64,000 nt of DNA from Isurus oxyrinchus (taxonomy: Eukaryota): NCBI GenBank assembly GCA_026770705.1, contig JANJGN010000026.1, positions 7,254,001 to 7,318,000 on the forward strand. Reading direction: 5' to 3'. Below, in pieces: positions 12,810 through 26,800 of this stretch (within the stretch, counting starts at the first letter, position 1; every line of letters starts with the position of its first letter). A program made the position numbers and the translations under genes. The notes under the pieces were generated by a model. It saw nothing but the letters and a program-made list of their open reading frames with translations. It was not told where the DNA came from and did no database searches.

Positions 12810-13385
12810 AATATAGAAACAGAAAATAGGAGCAGTAGTTCGTCATTGGCCCGAGCCTGCTCCGCCATTCATTACGGTCAAGGCTGATCCTCTATATCAA
12901 TGCCTTACGCCTGTTTTCTGCCTTGAAGCCTTTAGTGTCCAGAAATCTATCTAATTCGTTCTTAAATACATTCAGTGACTTGGCCCCCACATCTTTCTTT
13001 GGTAGAGAATTCTGCAGGTTCATCACATTCTGAGGAATGACGTTTCTCCTCACTCAGTCTTAAATGGGCGACCCGGTACCCTGAGACTGTCACCCCTTGC
13101 TCCAGACACCCTAACCATGGGGAACATCCTCTCTGTATCTGGTCTGTCAAGCTCTGTCAGAATTTGATACATTTCGCTGAGATTCACTCTCATTGTTCTA
13201 AACTCCAGTGAATGCAGATATGTTCGACCCAATTTCTCCTCCGACGACAATACTGACATCACAGGAATCAGTCTGTGCTCCCTCTATAGCAAGTACATTC
13301 TTTCTGAGGCAAGAAGACCAAAACTGCATCCAACAGTTCAGCTGTGGTCTCACCCAGGCCCTGTGGAGCTGCAGGGAAACATTCC
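12810..13385 (-). mobile_element. CR1 LINE 3' fragment in the pseudogene intron
   Basis: ORF 13050-13262 (LHSLEFRTMRVNLSEMYQIL...RGDSLRV.GRPFKTE) is a typical CR1 ORF2 C-terminus. Confidence 0.85.
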
Positions 13386-13734
13386 ATGAACAATCATGTG
13401 AAATATGAGCAAAATTACTGTGACCATTTTATGAGTGCCCTGCATTTCCTCCAAAAGCACAGAGTGCAGTGTTTCAACTCTCAGCCTCTAACAATGTTCA
13501 GTTCCCCCGATTGACCTCTTCCAGGTTATTAGCTGCTGCCTGTTCTACAGTGCCTTTTGCTGTCTGGGTTTCCCTTTTGCCCTATTACCTGGCAATGTCC
13601 CGCATCTTCCATTCTTCATTACTTTTCTCCACATTGTGTTTCACCGCATAATTCGAGGTATCAGTCGCATGTGAGGCACACAGTTGTCATATCAGCATCT
13701 ACTATAGGACGAAGTTCGTGATCATTGCCAACGG

Positions 13735-13985
13735 TGCAGAGCAATAGAAGGTGCAAGGCCTTGTGGGAGGGGTCTATTTCCGAACTAGGCCTCAGTATCT
13801 GTCAGTTTCACTCGGTCAGATGGACTGAAAATTTTATGGTACCTGTCAAAAGAACTCACGGTTGCTACTCACCAATGTCCCTCCTCAAAGTGAGTAAAGA
13901 CAATGGTCTGATCTCTCCTTTCCGATCGGGGATTTATTGAGCAAGTTTAATGTCATATTTCCCATCAATTAATAATTCTACAATA
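13735..13985 (+). mobile_element. Possible very old Deu-domain-type SINE remnant
   Basis: Loose resemblance, from memory, to the shark SacSINE1-type body. Not verified by alignment. Confidence 0.3.
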
Positions 13986-15574
13986 GTTTAGGTGACGAGT
14001 GGGTTATTGACCTCAAATTTCTTGTAAATTTATAGGCTTATTGTTTATTGTTCAGTTGTCTATTATCTGAAAATGTTTTCTTTATATTTGCTTTTTCTTG
14101 TCTGACTTTAGACCCCACATTGAGTTCGCAGCATTTACATTTCATTCTTCTTCTCTGCTAGTTTTAACATTCCAATGTCATTTCTTTATCTTATCTTTTA
14201 TCTGGATAGTTATTTGAAGGAACAGGCACACGCAGAGAAAGTGATAATTATTCAAATTAGTAAGGCGTCTCAAACAGATAACAGATCCTGTAAAACGAAT
14301 AATTTTTCAGAGTCCTCCTGAACTTTTCTGTTCTCCCTCTTCCGTCACGCATTCCTACACTTTTTCTTTCTCATTCAGCATCTCGCTCTCTTTCTGTCCC
14401 TCTTACAGCTAAATTTGCAGTAATTGTGATCCTCTCGCGAGGAAGATGCGATCTCTCCAGATGTATCACTTACTACCTGGTGTCCATGGGCATGATAGAT
14501 CTTTTGCTTATTATCATTGCTGTAATATTACACTGGATGGTTGGGATTTATTACCCATTGAATTCCCTGTCCATCCCACCAATATGCAGGCTGCGTATTG
14601 CCGTAAGGCAAGCAGGCATAGACTGTTCTGCTTGGTTAGCAGTCTCTTTTATATTTGATCGATTTGTGGCCATTTGTTGCCCGAAGCTGAAAATAAGATA
14701 CTGCACCCAGAAAACAGCTCATCTGATTATAGGGACGGTCTGCACACTTAGCTGTGTAAGGAATACCTTCTTATATTTCATAGATGAAGCGTTGTAGATA
14801 ATTAACAGTGTACACTGGCACTGCACCATAAAAATAATCTTTTATATGTCACCTGCATGAGCTGCATTTCACTGGGCTCTCGCAATGTTAAACCCTTGCC
14901 TCCTTTTCATTTTGATTTTACTGCTCAATGCTTTGACCGTCAGACACATTCCAGCAGCCAGTCGAACATGCAGGAGACTCCGGGCCCAGAACAATATTGA
15001 GAAACAGCGGGACCTCTGGATGGAGAAGTGGAGAAAGTCCATTGTTTTACTCTTTGCCATTTCAGGCAGCTTCATCACATTATTTTTGGTGCATTTTATA
15101 ACAATCCTCTCTATTCGAGTTGCGAAAGTTACACATTTCTCAGGTTCCGATTCAACATTTTTTCCCGAGGAAGTTGGATATATGCCACTGTTTTAGAGTC
15201 CCTGCGTCAACCCATTTATTTATGCTGGGACCCAAAGTGAATTCAAAGCGGAGTTAACAAATGTGATCATATAACCAGTACATTTAATTGTTAAATGAGT
15301 TAAATAACGTGGACCTGGTTAATTCTAGGTTAGGTCGAGATTTTTCTTGCCCATGGTCACAAAAGGCCTGCTCTCCCAATCCGTCATCACTCCCTTTGGG
15401 ATTCTGAGCACTCTGTGAATTTAATAATGTATGAAGAAAGCGTAATTTATTTAGGTTTCTAACGAGTTCCCAATTGGTTTGCCATTCTATTCCCTGTGCT
15501 GTACCAACTCAGCCTTGTTATGGATCCAACAGCCTCGCGGGCTTTTGAGTCATCATGTTTTTTTTTAGTTTCTT

Positions 15575-15900
15575 TTATGAGATGTGGGCTTCACTGCCAG
15601 AACCAACATATTGTTCCCGCCTCTGAGTGAGTGGCCAACTGGCCCATTTCACGGGCAAGTTAAGAGTCATCCACATTCCTGTGTGTGTGTCATCAAGGAT
15701 AGCAGGTTTCATTCCCTGAAGGACCGTGGTGAACCAGATGACTTGTTAAGTGCGTTCGACAATAGCTTCATGCTTGCCGTCATTGAGAGGAGCTTTTAAT
15801 TTCAGATTTATTACTGGAAATTCAATCCCACGAGTAGTTGTGGTGGGAATTGAAACGATTCCCTGGTGAGTTAACTCGTTCTGTGGATTACTATTTCTAT
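15575..15900 (-). mobile_element. tRNA-headed SINE sharing its 5' and 3' ends with the Zenon-like LINE
   Basis: Matches 22117-22352 plus 22985-23090, and also 39990-40290. Confidence 0.7.
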
Positions 15901-16809
15901 GGCAATACCATTAAACCACCATTCGCAACCCCCATCTGGGCAGTAGGGAGATCAACCTCTACTATTGAAAACAAAGGCCAAACGTTTGATCAGGGGTGTT
16001 CATTATCACACCGCCCAACCTCAGCATTGATTGCATGTTGACGCTAGGAAATAGGAGGACATACATTTGTCCCACACTGTTCTCTGCTCACTGTTCCCTG
16101 TCCCACAGCCACACATCTCCCTCCATAACTATGGAAATGAAGGAAATGCTGGTTAAAAAACATAAAAGAACACATCTCGTTCACCTCCTTATCTTTCCAT
16201 TAATAAGGGTGACATCCCGAGTGAAATTCCAAATGAAAAATCATATTTAGCAATAGTGTGTAAATGGGTGCAGAGGGTTAATTAATAATTAACAATGCAA
16301 CAAGAAACAAACAACTAAAGATATCAAACTTGATGAGTGCTTCATCTTCGCTATTGACTGCCCAGTAATTTGCTGGTCGGCACCTTGACTGTCTCATGAG
16401 GCAATAAGAAGGTTTTATTAATTATTGATCACAACCAATCTTTATCAATTATGCAATAATCCGTCGAGAAGTTACACCAGGAAAACCCAGCGTTGGATAG
16501 CAGTATATCCCAATGGCATGGAATGAACTGCAGTTGTGCAATGGAAACCTGGTGTTGCATTCTTGGCGTACAAAGCATTGAGGGACATTCATGCATGACC
16601 CACCCGCAGTTCCATTTGCAATAGGTCTAACGCTGGGACACAGCCAGCAATTAATAAACATTATCCTGATACTCGCGAGCTGGTATGACACAAGGGTGCC
16701 AAATTTAAACAATTCATTTCCACGTAATGCCTTCATAAATCCCTCTAAATGCATGGTGCAGAAGGTAGAATGGGCCTTAACTAGCATTTCAAAACGGGCT
16801 AATCCCTAA

Positions 16810-18760
16810 TTGCCTAAGCTGTAATTTTGAATTTTTTGATGGCCTGGAACTCCCGCTGCTTGGCAATCACCGTCAGCTTTTTTAATTACCCAAGTCTGGA
16901 GTTGCACATTTCCTGCCTGATCTTCCCACTCGGACCTCCTGGGAAATGTGCAGCACAGCTGTTCTGGGGTTCAGTGCAGGGATGGCAGTGTCGTGCGAAG
17001 TAAAGCTGTGCATCCATTTTAGGGGGCGACGGGGGTCGGGAGGTCGGAGGGATTGTCGTTTTGTGGGCCGGTAATCAAGGGTTGGCTTGTAACCTTTGGG
17101 TGGGAGTTAGTCGTGGATTGGGTGGGTAGTTGGTGCAGACCTTAGTCGGGAGTGATGTTAGTAGGGGCTGGAGGTAAGTACTTGGGAGATCTGGGCTAGC
17201 TGGGAGGTCGGGAAGGTGGTTGCGGAGTTGGGGGCTTTATTCAGGGGATGCGCATGGGCAGTTTGTTATAGGGTCCAGTCAGGCAGGTTTGTGGTGTTGC
17301 AGGCATCCAGTGGGACACCTGGGGAAGGAGTTACCTTAGTCACTCAGGTGATAGAAGGTCTTCCAATCCTTCCAATCTATCCTTGGAAAAAAGTCCTGCT
17401 AAGTGATTCGGCGCCAGCTGAATTCTCCGACTAAAATCGGAGCATGGAAATGTTGCATCTGCAGGGTAATGCCGAACAGAAGATTAATGTTCCTTGGTAA
17501 TTCCCATGCAGCCCTTATCCGGGGGCTTCCTTGTAGGATGAGGGGGATGGCCGGGGAGGGCGGGGTGGTGGGTAGGGGAGGACCCCCAGCGGATCTGCCA
17601 CTGGGGTTCGACTCCGCAGAGATTAGAAGTACTGGGCCATTGTTTCAACATGCTGGAAGTTTGCTGCACCGTTTATTTACTGGTTGTGGTGAGTGCCTCC
17701 ATTTCCAAGAGAGGAGCATTGCATAATCACAGGAACTACTGTGGAATTTATGATCTTCCCTTTCAAAGGCTGAAACAGGTAAAAGGCAGCATTTGCAATG
17801 CCTCTGGGTAGAAAGCTCCGCAGAGGGGTTAACATGGAGGTTGCACAGGCGGGAAGCATTGCGCAATGCAGTCTGCCAACATCCACCTGAGTTTGACAGG
17901 AGGCTGGTTGATGGTTAGTTAATACAGCCAAGAGGTCCATGTGCAATATGTAGTATTCTTTCTGAAGCCAGCCCCAGGACTTCAACTGAGACCTCTGCAG
18001 CACAGCATGCCTGTGACTGCACATTCTGGGGAGCTGGGAAAATGAGCCTCTCTTTTCCCCTGGTTTGATTTCACCCACCCTCGTGCCTCCATGACTCAAA
18101 ATCTGCTGAAAGCAATTCCATACTGCCCCCCCTCCAAGTATAAGCAGTGTTATTAACTTAACTGATAGCTGTGAGTGCCAGAGCAGCTGATGAGCCTTCT
18201 TCATTCATGCTGTGCTGTCTTCTCTCCCTCTCTCACACTCTTCACCTATGTCTACTCTGTCTGAGGAGCAGGCACTTCCTGCATTCCTGGGACAACAAAT
18301 CATGGGGATAAGTTGAAATAGAGGATTGGGTGTGTGCTGGCAAACTCACGACCCAGGGTCTCAGCACATGCAGCCTGCAAATCCTGACAGACAGTAGGAT
18401 GATGATGGGTTAGAATTTGAGAAGGCACATTAAACAGGAAGCTACCAACAGCTTCATAGAACTAAAGATCACAATGTGCCACAGACGCTGTTGCAATCAA
18501 TCCCAGGATTCTAAGAGCCAACTTTTCCATAGCATCCCAGGAACTCACTAGTTCTTCGTTTCTTGGTCAGGTTGTGTGTCATGATCTTCATCAAGAGAGA
18601 TGGCAGAATGTCAGTGATTGTGCAGAGCTGTGTCTCGGTGATGTTCCTGCCATTCCTCACTGCTGGGTATGAACCTGGTGTGTGAGGGTGAAGTGGAGCA
18701 TCTGGATCTTACGCTGGTGTCCTGAGAGCAATGAATGCTGCAAAGTGTGTTGTTTCGATG
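16810..18760 (-). mobile_element. Possible highly decayed Harbinger-like element
   Basis: GC-rich island. Minus-strand fragments HAVLQRSQL..GWL (~17960-18020) and EKLALRILG (~18500-18530) loosely resemble the Harbinger transposase and its Myb/SANT partner. Confidence 0.3.
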
Positions 18761-18854
18761 TTGAGCATTGAGAAGTGTTGACGGGTTGATGTGTGTGGGT
18801 AGACTTTACAGCATGGAATCGATGGGCCGAGTGTCTTCCTTTGGTTCTGTAATC

Positions 18855-21300
18855 ATAGAATCACTGTATCACAGAAATGTCACGGTGTGGAAGGAGGGCA
18901 CTTTGGCCAGTACTAACTGCATTGACTCTCCGAATGAACAGTTCACCCAGTGCCATCCATATGCCTTCATTCTGCAATCACACACATTCTACCTTTTCGA
19001 ACAACTGTAATTCCCTTTAAAATGTCTCGATTGAATCAGCCGCCAGCACACCCCCAGGCAGAGCATTCCAGGTCTGAACCACTCACGGCGTGAAGAATGT
19101 TTTCCTGTTGCCGTTTTGCTTCTTTTGCCAATTCATTTAAATCTTTGCCCTCTCGTTCTCCAGCCTTCCACCAACGGGAGCAGGTTCTCCCTAAATATAC
19201 TGTCCATATCCCTCATGATTTTGAATACCTCTACCAAATTTCCTCTCAAACTTTTCTTCTCCAATGTAACCAGTCCCAAATATTCAAACCTATTTTTATC
19301 ATTTTAGTTGCTCATCCCTGGAACCACTCTCGTGAATCTCCAATGCGTTCCTATATATCTGAAAGTATGGCGTCCAGACCTGGACACAATATCTCAGCTG
19401 AGGCCAAACTAGTGTCATGGACAAGTTCAACATAACCTCATTTGCCTTGTAAGCCAAGCCATTACTGATGAATCCCAGGGTTTGTGTGCTTCATTAACCG
19501 ATACTCTCAAGCAGTGCTGCCATCTTCATTGGCGAATGCAAATTTTCACCAGCATTCCTCTTATGCTGCATCCCCTTCAGAATTGTATCCATTATTTTAT
19601 ATCATCTCTCTATGTCCTTCCTAACAAAAGGGTTCACTTCCCCTTTCTCCTCATTAATTTTCCTCTGCCACTTGAGCAGCCATTCCACCATACTAGAGAT
19701 GTCCTTTTTAACTTTCACAATATACTCATGCACGATGATTGTGCATCATCCGCATTTTTTGAAGTTATGCCCTGTATACACATGTACAGGTTATTAAGCA
19801 ACATCAGGAGCTGCACAGCTCCCAAAAGTGACCACCGGAGACCTCCAAATCAAACCTTCCCATAGCCCGATTAATATCCATCAACCACTATTGACTTGTT
19901 CGCTCTCACACAAGCAATTTCACATCCATTTGCCACGTTCCCTTTAATTCCAAGAGCTGTAACTTTTCCCACAAGTCTGTTGAACGCCAGCGTACGAAAT
20001 GCCTTTTGGAAGTCCATGTAAACCACATCAACGACACTGCCAGCATCAACATTTTCCATTAAGTTCTTCATTTTCGTTAAACAGTCACAACTTCTCAAAT
20101 TGATCTTCATTTTAGAGAAACAAGATTTTATATTAACAAATCCGTGCTTGCTTTCCTCAATTAACCACTATTTACCCATGTGAGTATTAATGCTTTTCCC
20201 AAGTACTATTTCTAGAATTTTCACATTTCTGAAGTTAAACTGATGGACCTGCAGTTGCTTGGCTAATTGTTTTTAAAAAAAAATGGTCAGCAAATGTGCA
20301 ATATTTGCAATTCTCAAGTTTTTTTGGAATCACACTTGGGTCTAAGGAAGACTAAACTATTATAGCCAGAGCCTCCACAATTAACACTATAATTTCCCAA
20401 AGGGTTGTTGGATGCACCACCTCCTGTTTTGGTGCTTTATCATCTTTACATACAGACAGCCTAACTAATATAAAAGCAAAAAACTGCGGATGCTGGAAAT
20501 CCAAAACAAAAACAAAAATACCTGGGAAAACTCAGCAAGTCTGGCAGCATCTGCGGAGAGGAACACAATTAACGCTTCGAGTCTGAATGACCCTTCAACA
20601 GAACAAAGTAAAAAGTAAAATTGGAAGAGAGTTGAAATATAAGCTGGTTTAAGTGGGGCGGGTGTTTGGGGCGGGTGGGACAGTAGATCCAGTGATAGAT
20701 GGTGATAACCAAAAGATGACACAGACAAAAGGACAAAGAGGTGTTGAAGGTGGTGATATTATCTAAGGAATGTGCTAATTAAGCTTAACTAATATCTCAC
20801 CTATTTCAAATTTAAATCCATACAGTATATTATGTACCTCCTCTTTCACTGTAGGTTGAGTAGCATCTTTTTGTCTTGGTAAAAACAGATGAGAAGGATC
20901 CAATTAATACCTCAGCCATTTCCCCTGTTACTGAACGTTAACCACCTTTTTGGGCCCGAATCAACTCTTCTCGTCCTTTGGCCATTTTTCCTTTTGCTAT
21001 TAAGATGTCTGTAGAAGCCTCGGAGATTCTATTTTCTGTTAGCTGCCAGTCTCTCTTTATACTGCCTATTTGTATCTCTTATTTGCTTTTTCGCTCCCCA
21101 ATGAGCCTTCTACGTTCAGTTCTGTTCTCCATTGTTTTTATCCACCTGATATCTGTCATAAAGGTGCTTATATTTCTTCCTCATGTTAATCACCATCAAT
21201 TTCTGTCATCTAGGGAGGTTTCTATTTGATTGCACTACCTTTCCCTTTCGACAGAATACACCTCCAATATGTAAATAATGTCTCTTGTTTAAGGTGGCCT
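18855..21300 (-). mobile_element. CR1 LINE, ORF2 RT region to 3' end, decayed
   Basis: ORF 19871-20110 reads VVDVVYMDFQKAF..RLVGKV.ALGIKGNV. CR1-type tail at ~18855-19100. Continues past the insert at 20472-20785. Confidence 0.85.
20472..20785. mobile_element. Penelope-like terminal repeat insertion inside the CR1 copy
   Basis: aaaagcaaaaaactgcggatgctggaaatcc...cgcttcgagtctgaatgacccttcaacag. Flanked by duplicated TAACTAATAT (20462-20471, 20786-20795). Confidence 0.75.
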
Positions 21301-22116
21301 CGCAATGTGATGTTATGAGTAGATATCATGCGATGATGAATTTAGTCACGCAGTAGAGCATTGCTGCCAGACCCTCAAGGCTAGACTCTGCACTTTGAAT
21401 TTCTTGTTCACCGAATCTAATTCCACCCTCATGCTGGATCTGCTTGCCTCATGGTCCACCTTGAAATAATCTCCACTCTCCTTTTGTCCAACTTCCTATC
21501 TGATGCAGTGGCTTTCAGTCCTTTTTAGAACATAATGATGGTTTGCGTGTTGGTGCACGCACAAATTCACTCACAATACCTGACAGTTATGTAATTGAAT
21601 GTAAGTTGGTAGCTGCTCATTTAATTAATTTATAAGTGTAATGAATTCTTGTATTAAAGTCACAGGGCAAGATTTCAGAATGTATCACAGCAACGTTGCA
21701 ACTGGCCAATATCATCGCACAGATAGAGCAAATGGAGAAGGCAAAATCACGTGGGACAGCAGGAAACGTTCAATGTAGAAAGGCCAGCTCGTCAGGATGT
21801 GTTGGGTGGTAAGTTATTGAGGGTACAATAGTGGAAATAGGGACGGCTCTGGAAGCAAGATTTTAACTTCCCAGACGGCCTAGGACCTGAAATGTTGCAA
21901 AGGTAAAGCTCATTTTTTTTAAGGGGAGAGGCATTAACCCAGCCATCCAGGTCAGACATTCTGATATCAATGGCAGTAAAAATTCGAGTGAGCAAAGTTC
22001 TGGAAACATAATGTGTTGGAACAACAAATCGATCAAATGGACTAGGGTTTGTTTAAAACAAAGATTGTGTGAAAGAATCTTCATCGAGAATTTCAATAAA
22101 ATGAAGGCACGGACTG

Positions 22117-23090
22117 GGGGGCAGTGGTAATGTCACTGGGCTAGTCATTGAGAGGATCAGGGCAATGCTCTGGGGACATGCGCTCAATCAATAAAAACCT
22201 GGAATTAAAAGCTCTTTTCAATAATAATGATCATGATGCCCTTGGCAACTGCCGTAAGAATCCATTTTTTTTACTTTGTCGTTCAGGGGAGGAAATCCGC
22301 CCTCCTCACCTGATCTCACCTGCATAGGACTCCAGACCCACAGCAATGCGGTTAACTATATAAATATTGTGGCGACAAGAGCAGGCCAGAGGCTGGGAAT
22401 AGTGCCACGAGTTACTCACCTCCTGACGCTCCAAAACCAGTCCAACATCCACAAGGTACAAGTCTTGATTGTGATGGAATACTCACCAATTGCCTGGATG
22501 AGTGCAGCTACCACAACACTCAACAAGCTTGACACCATCCAGAACAAAGCAGCCCACTTGTTCGGCACCAGTGCACAAAATAATCACTCCACCACCAATG
22601 CACAGTGGCAGAACTGTGTGCCTTATAGATGATGCACTGCCGGAATTCACTTAGTCTCCTTCGACAGCATCTTCCAAACCCACGACGACAACCAGCTAGA
22701 AAGACAACGGCAGCAGGTAGATGGGAACACATAGAAGTTCCCCTCCAAGTCACTCACCATCCCGAATTTGGAATATATTGCCGTTCCTTCACTGTCACTG
22801 GGTCAAAATCCTAGAACTCCTTTCCGAACAGCACAGTGGGTGTATCTACACCTCATGTCTGCAGCGGTTTAAGAGGGCAGCTCAACATTATCTTCTCAAG
22901 GTCAACTCTGGGTGGCCGAGAAATACTGGCCCAGGCAGCGAAGCCCATATCCCGTGAATGAATAATAAATTGAAAAATCCTAACTAACCCTCTGAAATGG
23001 CCTAGCAAGCCAAATAGTTCCCGGGCAATTAGGGACAGACAACAAATGTTGGCCTTGCCTTCGGCGTCCAAGTCCTATCAGAAATAAACA
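22117..23090 (+). mobile_element. tRNA-headed SINE split by a Zenon-like LINE 3' fragment (~22352-22985)
   Basis: SINE head gggcagtggtaatgtcactgg..., then LINE text (MEYSPIAWMSAATTTLNKLDTIQNKA), then the SINE resumes at ccctctgaaatggcctagc (~22988). TAACTA occurs at both junctions. Confidence 0.8.
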
Positions 23091-23099
23091 ATGTTAGAC

Positions 23100-23460
23100 A
23101 TAAAATGACGTTTCTGGATCTGTTTCAGACTGAAAGTAATTGTTTATAACAGACAGTGAAGCTGTGAAGAACAGGAGTACCTAGCAGTGAATTTAAACAC
23201 ATTGACAAGGAGCTTCCCCTGTGAATGCAATGGCGCTGAAACACACATATTCATACCGAATGCCACTGATGAACTGGGCATTTTCCACGCTGGGCTTCAC
23301 CTGTTCACTTTCACTGTACTGTCAATGATCTGGGCAATTCTGCATTGGCAGCCATTATGAGGAACTGGGCATGCGCATAAGATGTGAAATGGAACGGCAT
23401 TGACCAGACTGACGACACAGAATGTGACAGTAAAGAGAGTGAGCAATCTCAGAGAGAGTG
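23100..23460. repeat. Diverged ~35-bp repeat, same orientation as 9880-10620
   Basis: cagtgaatttaaac (~23185), ctgtgaatgcaat (~23219) and taccgaatgccac (~23254), with recurrent gaactgggc. Confidence 0.5.
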
Positions 23461-23807
23461 GAAACAGTGAGTGTGGCCCGTGAACATACGGACGGAATGA
23501 TTCCCAAGAACTTCAGGAACTTGGTGGCGTTTTCCTATTGGTCGAGAATATCTCTCGACAGATGTTCCTGGGGCGCATTAGCTCAACATTAAATTGTTCA
23601 ACCTCGTAATTTCACGTGTACAGTTACTGACTTTGAGGCGGTCTGAAGTAATAATTGATCTGGGAATAGAATAACAGAAGTGAAGTGGTGAGAATACTTT
23701 TATTGGATGAATCCTGAAACAATTTACTAAGTCAACAGATAAGCTATCACGATACAGGCAGTGATTTTTGGCCTAAGGCGGTGCAGATGCTGGCAGGAGT
23801 TAAATGA

Positions 23808-26800
23808 TCACAGAATCACAGAACCACAGTGCAAAAGCAACCCTTCGGCCCATCGAGTCTGCACCGACACGTGAGAAACACCTGACCTACCTACTAATCC
23901 CATTTAAAAGCACTTGGCCCACAGCCTTGAATGTTATGACATGCCAAGTGGTCATCCAGGTACTTTTTAAAGGATGCCTCCACCACTCTACCAGACAATG
24001 CATTCCATAACGTAACCACACTCTGGGTAAAAAAAAAACCTTTTCCTCACGTACCCCCTAATCCGCCTACCCTCACCTTGAACTTGTGCCCCATTGTGTC
24101 TGACCCTTCAACTAAGGAGAGCAGATGTTCCTATCTACCCTGTCTATGCCCCTCCTAATCTTGTAGACCTCGATCAGGTTGCCCCTCAGTCTTCTCTGCT
24201 CCAACCTCTCTTCATAACTTAAATGTTTCATCCCAGGCAACATCCTGATGTATCTCCTCTGCACCCTCTTCAGTGCAATCACATCATTCCTATAATAGTA
24301 CTCCAGCTGTGGCCTCATCAAAGTTCTATACAACTCCAACATGACCTCCCTACTTTTGTAATCTATGTCTCGACTGATAAAGGTAAGTGTACCAAATGCC
24401 TTTTTCACCACCCAACTAACGTCCCTCTCTACCTTCAGAGATTTATGGACACACACGCCAAGGTCCCTTTGAATCTCAGAACTTCCTAGTGCCATGCCGT
24501 TCATTGAATACTTCCTTGTAAAATTATTCCTTCCAAAGTGCATCACCTCACAATTTTCAGGGTTAATTTCCATCTGCCTCTTATCTGCCCATTTGACCAT
24601 CCCGTCTATATCTTCCCGTAGCCCTAGACACTCAACCTCACTGTTAACTACCCAGCCAATCTTTGTGTCATCTGCAAACTTATTAATCCTACTCCCCATG
24701 TAGCCATCTATGTCGTGTATATAAATGACAAATAATAGATGACCGAGCACAGATCCCTGCGGTATGCCACAGGACACTGTCTTCCAGTCAGTAAAGCATC
24801 CTTCTATCATGACACTGGCTCCTACAACTAAGCCAACTTTGAATCCACCTTATCAAATTACCCTGTATCTCATGTGCATATGCCTTCTTTATAAGTCTCC
24901 CATGTGGGACCTTGTCAAAGGCTTTGCTGAAATCCATATAAACTACATCAACTACACAACCCTCGTCTACACACCTGGTCACCTCCTCAAAAATTTCAAT
25001 AAAATTTGTTAGGCATGACCTCCCTCTGACAAATCCATGTTGACTATCCCTGATTAAACCTTGACTCCCCAAGTGGAGATAGATACTCTCCTTCAGAACT
25101 TTCTCCGATAGTTTCCCTACCACTGACGTGAGACTCACTGGCCTTTAGTTCTCTGGCTTTTCAGTGCAACCCTTCTTAAATAGCGGAACTACATTAGCTG
25201 TTCTCCCATCATCTGCCCCCCCCCCCCCCCCCCGTGGCCAGTGAGGAATTAAAAATTCGGGTCAGAGCCCCTTGCCTCCCTCAGCAGTCTGGGGCACAAG
25301 TCATCCGGACCTGGAGATTTGTCACTCCCTATGTCAATTTGCTTAAGAACCTCGCAATCTCTCTCCCTGAGTTCAATAACTTCATCCTCATTCTCGTGGG
25401 TCAGACAGACGTGAAGTATTCATTTAACGCTCTAAAGATGTCCCCTGACTCCACCCATTTATTACCCCCTTGTTCCCTTATGGGCCCTACACTTTCCCTG
25501 TTTATCATCTTCCCATTGATATACTTATAGAATCTCTTGGGGATTTTCCTTACTTGTACCAGCCAGAGTTTTCTCATATCACCTCTTTGTTCTCCTAATT
25601 GCTTTCTTAAGCTCCAACCTCCAATAATGCCTCTGCTGATTTGCTTCCCTTGAAACTGCTAAAAGCCTCTCTTTTCCTTCTCATCGTAACCTGAATATCT
25701 CTGGTCATACATGGTTCTCTGGGCTTGTTACTCCATCCTATCAGCCTAGAGGGAACATGCTGAGCCCGTACCCTCCCAATTTCCTTTTTGAACACCCCTC
25801 ACTGTTCCTCTGTAGATTTCCCCAAAAGTATCTGTTCCCAGTCTACCTTGGCCAGATCCTGCCTTATTTTACTAAAATCCACTCTCCATCAATTTTGCAA
25901 ATTGTCAATCTCTTTGTCCATAACAAACCTAAAGTGAAGTATGTTGTGGTCGCTATCGCTAAAATGCTCTCCCACCAACACCTCAGTCATCTTCATTCCC
26001 CAGAATTAAGTCCAGCAATGCACCTTCCCTTGTTGGACCCTCTACATACTTACCAAAAAAGTTCTCCTGTATATATTTCATGAAATCCACTTCATTCAAG
26101 CCCTTAACACTGTGCCTACCCCAATTAATGTTGCGAAAGTTAAAATCACCTAATGTAATTACCAGATTGTTATTGTTTTTACACACCTCCACAAATTGTG
26201 CACATATTTGCTCCTCAATTTCCCGCTGCCTACCTGAAGGTATATAATAAATGCCTAAGAATATTATTCCCTCTTTTTTATTCCTAAGCTCTAACCACAA
26301 AGCTTCATTCGATGCCCCCTCCAAGATATCATCTCTCCTTACTGCAGTAACAGACTCCTTAACTAATAATGCAATGCCTCCTCCTCTTTAATCCCCTCCC
26401 CTGTCTCGCCTGAAGATTCTGTATCCGGGAATGTTGAGCTGCCAATCTTGCCCTTCCCTTAACCACATCTCAGTGATGGCTACTATATCGCAATTTCACG
26501 CGTCAATCCTCAACCTTTAATCGTCCATTTTACCTGTAATACTCCTGGCATTGAAGTAGAGGCCATCCAGCCTTGTCTTAATCCTTTGAAGCTTATTGCA
26601 GCTGTACTCCCTCTGAGTTGATTGTTTTATTCTATTGTTATGTGTCCCTATTCTGCTAATATTCTGTGTCCCCTCCCCCTGCTATATTAGTTTAAACAAC
26701 TCCCAAGAGCACTAGCAAAACCGCCTGCAAGGGTGTTAGTCCCGCTCTGCTTCAGATGTAGACTGTCCCGCTTGTACAGATTCCACCTTCCCCAGACACG

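Larger units (their letters stand above)
12106..15307 (+). pseudogene. GPR139-like class A GPCR pseudogene, two exons (12106-12175; 14409-~15307)
   Basis: Exon 1 reads MHGSPKVPVFAIAYPNFSAIGVP+G and is followed by a GC donor. Acceptor ttacag ends at 14408. Exon 2 aligns to the 33624-34531 protein (CITYYLVSM, FDRFVAICCP, LLNALTVRHI, CVNPFIYAGTQS). In-frame stops at 14795, 14858, 15194 and 15272. Confidence 0.92.
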
